NCBI GenBank assembly: GCA_043228905.1
Contig: JBHGNT010000485.1
Span: forward strand, 1 to 23,206
DNA length: 23,206 nt
Source: Azolla caroliniana
Lineage: Eukaryota; Plantae; Polypodiophyta
Direction: 5' to 3'
Shown: one piece after another, positions 1 through 9,293 of the stretch
Layout of the letters: every line of letters begins with the position of its first letter
Numbering within the stretch: position 1 is the stretch's first letter
The notes under the pieces: model-generated
What the model was told of the DNA's origin: nothing
Seen by the model: the letters and a program-made list of their open reading frames with translations, nothing else
The model's database searches: none
Position numbers and translations under genes: made by a program

Positions 1-744
1 AAAAGTTTCATACACTCCAAGAGTTTGTATATTCAAATTTCCTTTTATTTTGTGTAGGGATCTTGACATTTACATATGTTCGACGTCACTCACATGCATT
101 AAACCAAGCTCAAACACTTAAGATGGAGACTTAAGGTAAAAACTATGCATCAAGGCTCCGAGAGAGAAAGAAATTAGCAACTTGCTAAAGGTAATTTGAA
201 GGGGAGACAGGTGAATTTGCAATTTCAACATTGCAGTTTTCGTAGTATTTGTGATATTACTTCGCAAAGTAGCTCAAAAATAAGGGAGAGTTTGAGAAAA
301 CTAGTTGGCAATGACAAGTAAAAGATAAGGTATACCCCCTTTAATTTCGGTTTGATTTAGGAGATCGAGTTGAAATTCCATCAAGTCAATGTTTTTTTGG
401 GATAGAAAATCTAAACAAAAGGTTCCCATAGACAACCACAGGGATGTGGTGTATGAAAACCCATATGCAACTTTAGAACATGCTTAGACTATTCTCATGG
501 CCTTGGTGGCTTTGAAGGAGGGGCATGTTCTCCTATAGAATGGCAAACTTTATTAAGTAGATAATGGAATATATCATGCATTGTTGAGCATAAATGTTTG
601 GAGTTAGTAGGATCCACATTGTTCATCCTCATTCTATGCAAGACAATTTAACAATCATTATTTCGATGTAATATTAATTCAAGTATTGTCGTTTAGTTGT
701 GCATAATGATCTTTCTCATTTGTTTTTAATAGTAGAAATCACCC

Positions 745-810
745 ATTTTGCTGAGAAACAATATCAAATTGAAGAGAATATTTTGGTGAGAAATAATATC
801 AAATTGAAGA
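745..810 (+). repeat. Short tandem duplication (31-bp core, period 35)
   Basis: ATTTTGCTGAGAAACAATATCAAATTGAAGA (745-775) and ATTTTGGTGAGAAATAATATCAAATTGAAGA (780-810). Confidence 0.8.
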
Positions 811-876
811 AGAGAGTACAAGGAGAATGACATTGCATTAACAATAAATAAGGCAAGATATATAATAATATACCAA

Positions 877-1610
877 ATATTGTCATTTAATTGGAATGGT
901 TCACCAGAACACGTGCTTATCTAACATGGTTTGGATACATGCATGCTTACATCTTGTAACCATGCATGATGGGCACATTCATGAAAGCATTCCATTTGGC
1001 GATCATACATTCGCTTTGCAATGTGGCGATGTTTTATAATATTGTGCATATGCTCTAGCTTAACTATGGAATGTTTCAATACATGTTAACATAATATGAT
1101 ATCATCCTAATCTCTATCATGTCAATGAAGTTTTGTATATATGCGTGTGATAGGTGGGGATTTATGCCCCTAACCATACTGCTCAATGTGTTACATTATG
1201 GGGTTCACTTCATTAGACCTTATTCGTGGACCACCTAGGATTACTTATGGGTGATTTTAACATACGTATTGGTGCATCATAATCTATGTGCCACATTCAA
1301 TCTTGGATGTTCCTTAGCAAAACGCATGTGATTCCTTGGTGATTGAGATTCTAAAGCTAGATGTGTGGATTAGGATGGTTGACGTTTGACCTCCTAATCT
1401 TTACAACTTAGATAGACATGGAGGTAGCTATAATGAATGTATATGATGAACCGTGATTCCTTCATACCAACATCATTTGATTTTACGATTCTATGGGACA
1501 TGGGGTCTTTAGAACATTTCCCTATTCGATTGGAGATTTGCAAATATTCCATTGACACATAAATTGTTGCTTGCCAAGCCTCCATTACGTTTCAACTCTT
1601 CTATCTAGCT
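877..1610 (+). mobile_element. Degenerate non-LTR (LINE/L1-like) retrotransposon ORF2 AP-endonuclease relic
   Basis: Ordered APE motifs with stops and frameshifts: ILSFNWNG (877-900), VGIYAPN (1154-1174) ...TLW...LMGDFNIRIG (MGDFN 1247-1261, same frame), SLEHFPIRLEI (~1506-1538, an SDHxPI-like motif), PPLRFNSS (~1579-1602). Confidence 0.75.
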
Positions 1611-2507
1611 TCAATGTCATGGAGCAAATATTGACGAATGCTCCACAACGAGTGGATAGTAAGGGAGTCGAGGCACATGAACTCAAAAGGTAGTTGTTAA
1701 CTCACTCTCATTAAGCAATTGTTACTCGTTTCATTAGATAAATAATGTAGTTAAAATACCTCATGTATTTGTTAAAAAGTAACCAAAGTTAGTTACTTCT
1801 CAAGCTAGAAAGCACAATATTTATATAATGTTAGTGACATTAACGATCTATCATCAAAGAGAAGGGTATGTGGATGACATAGTTCACTAGAATTTAATAA
1901 GATTATGAATGAAAACAAAATTTAAAATTTAGCATCCTAGAAAAGTTGGGATATAAAAGACAATTATGATAAAAAAAGGACGTTTGCATTTCACCTAAAA
2001 AAAACACTGACAAGTTTTCCGATGTTTAATTCTCTTAAAATCCGTAGTATTGGCGAGAAAATTCGAAGCTTTTTCAATGTTTTTGGCAATATCTCATAAA
2101 CATGTGAGGCAAACAACGTTTTCAATATGATTTTGCGAATTTAAGATAAAAGAATTAGGATTCGTGGATTTGGTTTGTAGCATTGTATACCAACTCCTAG
2201 CACAACATGAATGCGAAAAGGAAAGATGAGGATCCAAACTAAGAGAGATTCGGAAGGAAATCGTGAGGTCCATTGGAAACACGAGAGGACGACAAAGTGA
2301 TCCACACTTTAATATCTAGCTTTATGTTGTGAGGTGTAAAGCCAAGTGGACGATCATAAAGAAGAGTCTTTTGCCGAGGAGGATGGAAATCTTATAAGGG
2401 AACATCCCGAAAGGGTGATGACCACGTTATTTGGCCACGTGACACTTATGGATCAGGACACCATCATTTTAGAACAAAACAAGAGTATCATCATCAATGG
2501 AGGCAGA

Positions 2508-2765
2508 GGAAGGGTGCGCGCGTGCACACACACACACACACATGTATATGTATACATGTGTGTATATAGATACGTATAGGAAGGGCACGTGCACACACAC
2601 ACACACATGTATACATATATATGTGTATATATACATACGTATAAGAAGGGCGCACACACACACACACACACACACATGTATACGTATACATGTGTGTATA
2701 TACATACGTATAGGAAGGGCACACACACACACATGTATATGTATGTATATACGTATATGTATATG
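2508..2765. repeat. Compound minisatellite, 4 units of ~65-72 bp: GAAGGG-(CA)n-TGTATA...TACGTATA
   Basis: Units start with GAAGGG at ~2508, 2580, 2645 and 2713; each has a variable (CA)n tract followed by alternating TA/TG/CA sequence. Confidence 0.9.
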
Positions 2766-2828
2766 GCGGCAAATAAAAAACGTGTGTGATCACAGGAGGT
2801 GTCCAGGCAAGACTTGTGAACAAAAATG

Positions 2829-2861
2829 CGGAAGAAGAAAAAAAGAAAGAAGAAGAGGTAT

Positions 2862-2893
<32 letters not shown>

Positions 2894-2941
2894 GAGAAGA
2901 AGAAGAAGAAGAAAGAAAGAAAGAAAGAGAGAAGAAGAAAG
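2829..2941. repeat. Polypurine (GAA)n/(GAAA)n tract
   Basis: ~110 bp of nearly pure A/G. Confidence 0.9.
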
Positions 2942-2968
2942 GCATTATGAGAATATAAGCCTAAAGTC

Positions 2969-2998
2969 CCGTCCGTCCGTCCGTCCGTCCGTCCGTCC
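2969..2998. repeat. (CCGT)7 microsatellite
   Basis: Read directly from the sequence. Confidence 0.9.
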
Positions 2999-3000
2999 GG

Positions 3001-3112
3001 CCGGCCACATGGCGTCTATAAGGGGCTCCACGTCAGCAGGGGGACACGTCGGCAGGGGCTCCACGTCGGCACGGGGCTGCCACGTCACCGACGGGGGGGT
3101 CGGTCGTTTCCC
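3001..3112 (+). promoter_or_regulatory. GC-rich putative proximal promoter of the LPEAT2-like gene with four ACGT-core boxes
   Basis: CCACGTCA 3028-3035, ACACGTC 3044-3050, CCACGTCG 3061-3068, GCCACGTCA 3079-3087, each preceded by a G-run; GCCACATGGC 3004-3013; a pyrimidine-rich leader follows. Confidence 0.55.
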
Positions 3113-3126
3113 CTACTCTGTTTCTG

Positions 3127-3158
3127 CTTCTTCTTCTTCTTCTTCTTCTTCTTCTTCT
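3127..3158. repeat. (CTT)10 microsatellite / Y-patch
   Basis: Read directly; typical of plant 5' leaders. Confidence 0.9.
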
Positions 3159-3502
3159 GTTTTAGGTTCTTTGTTTTTCGTTTTTCTGAGTCTCCGCTTC
3201 TCCCCCAAGCAGAACCCTAGAATTCCTCCACCACAACACCTCCATACACATTCCAACAGCCACAAAAAAACCTTCTTCCCAAAAGGAAACAAAAAAAAAA
3301 AGCGAAACGAAAGGGAGAACCCTAATTTCACAGTTTTCTCTGTTCTTTTTCTTTTTCTTAATTCTTGTTTTTTCGCTTTCGCTTTTTTTTTTTTTTTGTT
3401 TTTCCTTCTGCGTGTGACCCACATTGATTTGGCTTCTTCTCTCCTCGATTAAAGAAGAAGGAAACCACAATCTCCCCACACGTTTATTTCTTTACTTTGT
3501 AT

Positions 3503-3538
3503 ATCTCCATCTCCATCTCCATCTCCATCTCCATCTCC
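3503..3538. repeat. (ATCTCC)6 hexanucleotide repeat in the presumed 5' leader
   Basis: Read directly; 150 nt upstream of the ATG at 3689. Confidence 0.9.
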
Positions 3539-3688
3539 AGCTATTCCTTCTTCAAAACACTCCTGCACACTCATTCTCTCTCTCTACCTTATTGGGTCAT
3601 CTTGTCCTCTAGATCTTTCTGTCTTTCTTAGTTTATCCTTCATCCAACAAAAGAGCATATATTTTTCTCATCGCATTTCTGCTTCACC

Positions 3689-6600
3689 ATGACTGAGGTG
3701 GAGGACCTTCAAAGACCTCTACTCAATCATGAATATGATCACGATCGAGTTCAGGGCCACTTCGCGGATTCCTCCGCACTCAAATCCATTCCAAGACATG
3801 GACATGAGATTGGAAATGGATATAGAATTAGAAATGGAGATGGAAATAAACATGGAAATGGAAATGGAAATGGAAATGGAAATGGTCATGAGAATGGTAG
3901 GACAGATATTGCTCTTGATATCCCTCACGAAGTTCACTTCGGAAAAGAGGCTGAATCTGAAGATAGAATTGGCATAATTGATTCAACTGTGAATGCTTCC
4001 TATAAGGATGAATATGAAGAAGAAAATGAAGAGATTCAAGAGGAGACCCGTATGAACAGTAATACTGATACCAGCGAATTAGCTCAAAATGATGGGATCA
4101 ATGGTGGCCTCTACAGTTTTCTTGGTGAGCGGCCCGCATCACCCCCAATGCCAACCATAGACCCTTTCCGAAACCACACTGAAACCATCTCGAATACTTA
4201 TGAATGGATCAAGACTTTTTTATGTCTTCCATTAGCTATCATTAGATTGCTGCTAATCATTCTCATAACTGTCATTGGAGTTTTGTTTGCCAAACTCGTC
4301 CTTGTTGGATGGACGGAGAAGCACCTTCCGATGCCAAAATGGCGTCGGCGATTCGTATACATTACTCGGTTATTCGCGCGAGCCTTCTTGTTCTTCCTTG
4401 GGTAATTCTTATCTACTTCTATGTTGTTTTGTGAATATTAGTTTTTGCTTCTGTTTATTGATGACCTCATATCCTTGAGGAACGTATTGTTGTCTGGGGA
4501 TTGTAAATTGTTCTCCAATCTTGCTCTTGATTGAATATAATTTTGGAGGCAATTTCCTCAGTTTCGAGATTCCTCCATCTTCTATGGGTATAGGATGGCT
4601 ATCTTTAGAAGACATCAGAAATTTCGAACATTGTTGATTTTATATCCTATGGCTTTGTGGAAGATGACTTTCCTTCATGGAAGCCTAGATGAGGAGCTTT
4701 ATATGCTGCAGCCTGAAGGGTTCATGATTCCAGGAAAAGAGCATTTAGTTTGTAAATTTTGATGCAGCCTCTATGGGCTGAAACAAGCCCAATGTCTATG
4801 GTATAAGAAATTTGACTCTTTCATACGCTCAAATGTCTTCACTCGATGTAAGGCAGATCCTTGTCGCTATCTTAAAATGGAAACTGATAGCAGACCTATT
4901 ATTTTGGTTTTGTATATTGATGACATCCTCATTGTAGGAAAGCATGAAACAACTTTGTAGGAAAGCATGTTCACTATGCTGGGTGCATTTACCAGTTGTA
5001 AACTTAAACTGATCAATTGCATTTTTTTAAATATCAGCATATATATGCTAAACAATGTTGAATGACTTGGGGGTGCAAACTGTGCATGAAGGTGAGGTAG
5101 AGAGTAGATGTAAAGTGAAATTATGTGAGTATGAGCTTGTTTCTCAATGCATATCTGTGGATATCTGAATCAAGATCAATCACGTATGCTCTTCTTCTTT
5201 CCATGGAACTGGAAATTGCTCGGCCCATACATAGTAGTTATGCACTTCATGCTAGTAAACATCTCTAGAATTATTCCACTAAATGCATTAAGATCATTAT
5301 GATGGATCTTTAAGAAAGAAAGAAAGATATTAGTGTCTTTTAAGAGGCCAAAATGGCCTATAAGACCAAACAAGAGATAACATCTTAAATATTGTCTTTG
5401 TCTTTGAGAACAACAAACCAAATTAATGTTGCTAAGTAAAAAAAAAAGTAAATAAGATAACATGTGACTAAAGAATCTTGTTATTAGTATGTGTAACATT
5501 CTCAAGTAAGGTATTGTAATGTTTGTGGTCGAACGATCTCTAGCATATGTTCATCCAGAATAGAGAGGTCTTTGAAGTGAGGGAAAAACATGTTGGGATT
5601 AAAGGCCCTTTAGGTTTCTCCATTTAAACCAGAAAAACGTTTTATATGTTTTAATATTATCTACTTCTTATTAGAGTTTTACAGTCTCATTTTCAGAACT
5701 GTACTACAACTTCTAAAAGAATATTTTGTACACTGAATGGGATCCTTGGACAAGATTCCCAGTCAGCATTAAATGGGTATTTATGAGGTCATGACTTAGC
5801 TGTCCTATCAGCATTTAAAGCTCTTCTTCTAAGAGCATATTCGATGTATCTTGACATATATGTGTGTGCACTCTTATCTTGTACATTTTTTTAAAAAGTT
5901 CTGGTGTAGAACTGCTTCTACTTTCTTTAATCTCTTCTATGTGTTAAACCCCGAAGGAGTTTTTAGTCTTTAAATCTCTGACTTAAGATATTTCAAAAAA
6001 CTATCATTCTATCTTCCACTTCTTTATAACACGTGCGAAGGTGGGAGATAATGGCCTTTATCTGTCGATGACAAGAATAGTGAGATTGTGGCCCATTAGA
6101 CCAGGGCCTACGAGGACTGTAAATTGCTATTGCCCAATCTATTGTAATCCCTTTGCTATTTCTTTGTGGGGAGCCCATTTATGTGGCCCTTGATTGACTT
6201 GTAGAATTAGGAGTGATGGGGCTTAAGAAAGTTATGGTTGTTCTTTGTTGATGAGCTTGTGTGCTATACTATTGTCCTTCAAATCCTTTTCCCTTTTTCT
6301 CTTGAGTTCTAGCTAGAAAAGTGCAAAGCACAATTGGTTATAATATTCCATTACCTTGCATAGCGGGCCAAAGCCTTGCTTGAAGAGACAATGGCATCTC
6401 CCCTTAGGAGTAGTAGGAGTGACGGGGCTAAAGAAAGTTGTGATTGTTCTTTGTGGATGAACTTGTGTGGCTGTATTCTTCAACAACTTTTCCCGATGTC
6501 TCTTGAGCTCTAGCAAGAAAAGTCTTAGGCATCGTTGGTCCTCATATTCCATTACCTTGCGTAGTGGGCCAAAGCCTTGTTTAAAGAGGCAATGGTATCT

Positions 6601-9247
6601 CCCTCTGATTTCATAAAAGACACTACAATGACAAACATAGTGTTCCTTAGATTCCACTCCTTAATGACAAAATTGGCAAATTCTCTCTTCTAGAGGTAGT
6701 TGTGTATATCTGCCTACCTCAATCTGTAGCTGATGTGATGAAGTTCTAGAGAGAGAAGGCATTTAAAGAGTTGCAGATTCTAGAGAGAGAAGAATCTGGG
6801 AAGAGAGAGAATGTAGTACAGAGGTAATAAAGATGAAAGAGAGTGCATGTCTGGAGCTGCCACTCTCCAACACACTCTTGATGACAAAATTGGCAAATTC
6901 TTTCTTCTAGATGTATTCATACATCTCCCTACCTCAATCTCTAACTGATGTGATGAAGTTTACAGCTGCCCTATCACAATGTATGTCCATCTAATTGGAC
7001 TATCACAAAGACATACACATGGTTGCAATTGTTTCATTGGATTGCAAAAGGTTAGATAGGATGTAGTACAAAGATAATAAAGATGAAAGAGAGTGCAGGT
7101 CTGGAGCTGCCACTCTCCAACACACTCTTGATGACAAAATTGGCAAATTCTTTCTTCTAGATGTATTCATACATCTCCCTACCTCAATGTCTAACTGATG
7201 TGATGAAGTTTACAGCTGCCCTATCACTGTGTGTATGTCTTTTGCATTCCTAGTCCAATGAAAAATTGCAACCATGTGTATGTCTTTGTTAGATATAATC
7301 AATGATCAACTCCAAGTTGTCAATTTATCCCCATATGTACTCTTAGAGTACACATTTTGTGATAGCGCGCCAAATGAGGAGTAGCTATTGTGCAACCCGA
7401 TGATATGGGTCGATAAGGTGTCAATGTAGGAAACCGTAGATGAGTAGTACAGAATATATTTAGGAAAGAGGGAAATAGGGTAATATGATTGACTAGTTAC
7501 ATGTACTTAGTCTTGAAGTATGTGGTATTGACTTTAAGATAAGTACTATTTACTTGTAGCTTGTATCTAGGGAGCTTGGTCTATTAAATGACAAGTCAGT
7601 TAACAGAAAAGGAATATCTCCACACTATTAACTGACTTGCACATTTAATGTGACACTGAGACCAAACTGAGAATATAATCCACTCCCTCTATCTCTTACA
7701 CAGTGGCTGTGACTCTTAACTGTCCCCACTAATTTTGTAGTCGGCTGGTCCAGATTGCATGTAAGCTCTAAGGTGTTGCCTCATGGCTATATCCCATTTC
7801 AATATTTGCTTCGATTGTGATTCTTTCTTGGCTTCTAATATTTTCATTCTCTTTTCTAGTTGGGGCATCTGAGTATTTTCAATTTGCAATGCTATTGTCC
7901 TTATAGGAAGTAAGTTTTTCAAAATATTCAATTTATAGTGCTTGTGAATACATCCTAAATTGAAGCATCATTTCCCTTACATTATGAGCATGTACTTCAT
8001 TTTGCAATCTTATAATTGCTTCTTGTAAAGACATACATATGGCTACGATTGTTTCAATGGACAAAGAATGTGAACTTCAACTGGATGTCCTATGATCCAT
8101 GCTCGATACTATCACGAAGTTCTATGAGCAATGTTTAGTATATGATTTGTTTAGAACTAATATCACCCTTCCACACATCTGTCTCACTCTATATTTACTT
8201 TATTCCAACATCTTTTATTGAATGAAATTCTAGTTGCATATAAGAGTTCTTTACTTTCTATATCTACCATTCAGGAACTGACACTAATAGAAGCAGATAT
8301 TAGGCATTTAAGATGGATGCTTAGGGCTCAAGCTCACAGATAGACACAAGGATAAGGAATAATGAGAAAAGAATTGGGAATGTTAATTGGTCTATGAGAC
8401 GAATCGTCATTACAGATATGACTGGATTCATGTCATCCATGTTAAAACGAAATTAAAAATGGTCAGTTTCCTAAAACTATATGGTTATCTGAATAAAAAC
8501 GAGAGAGAAGGCTCTAGCTCGAAACTGAAGAAGAAGCTCAAAAGAGCACTAAAAATGACCGTTAATAGTCTTTTACTAGAGGCAAAAATCGGCCTATGAA
8601 ACAAATCATCATTACAGATATGGGCGAAGTCATGTCATCCATAGTGAGATGAAAATAAAAGTACTTGGTTTCCTGAAACTCCATGGTCCTGAAGGAAAAA
8701 GTAACAGAAGGCTCTAGCATGAAAGTGAAGAGATTCAAAAGAGCACCGAAACTGACCTTTATAGTCTTTTACATTCTTTAGGCCCTTTCACATTACGGTA
8801 TGTATGCTAATGTCAATGTCATTGGAAAGACATGGTAAGTGAGATGGACGGCAAGTACTTTACTTGAATTGGAATTGTCAAAGCTAGAGAATATCCACTC
8901 TATACCTCCTTATCCACTTTAACCTGAATCTACTCATATTTATAATTAGTTTTCCTTCGTAAACTATTTTTCCCTGTACTAATGACATTGTGTTGTCTGA
9001 GAATTAAGGTCCCATCTTAAAGCACTACCATTTATTTATGTATGTACTCAAAGGAAAGTAACATATAAACCTGTATAAGGTGTGAGGAAGTAGAAGATAG
9101 AATGTCAGTTTTCTGAAATATCTAAAGGCAGAGATATAGAAACTAAAAACAATTATGGGGTTTAACACATCGGAGGGATTAAAGAGATAGGAGTAGTTCT
9201 GCAAAACAAAAGCCAACTACTTAAAAAGGAATATACAAGGTAGGATT

Positions 9248-9293
<46 letters not shown>

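Noticed and set aside
2508-2765. Regularly spaced repeats superficially like a CRISPR array
   Set aside because: The spacers are themselves repeated low-complexity sequence, the context is eukaryotic and there are no cas genes.
2346-3612. Cluster of overlapping ORFs (CVCV, HTHT, poly-K/E/R/S)
   Set aside because: Translations of stop-free microsatellites; no domain-like content.
3719-3977. Alternative-frame ORFs MEMEME (+) and ISISIS (-)
   Set aside because: By-products of the (GGAAAT)n repeat that encodes GN in the real frame.
7716-7931. 71-aa minus-strand ORF within intron 1
   Set aside because: No recognisable motif or splice context; likely chance or TE debris.
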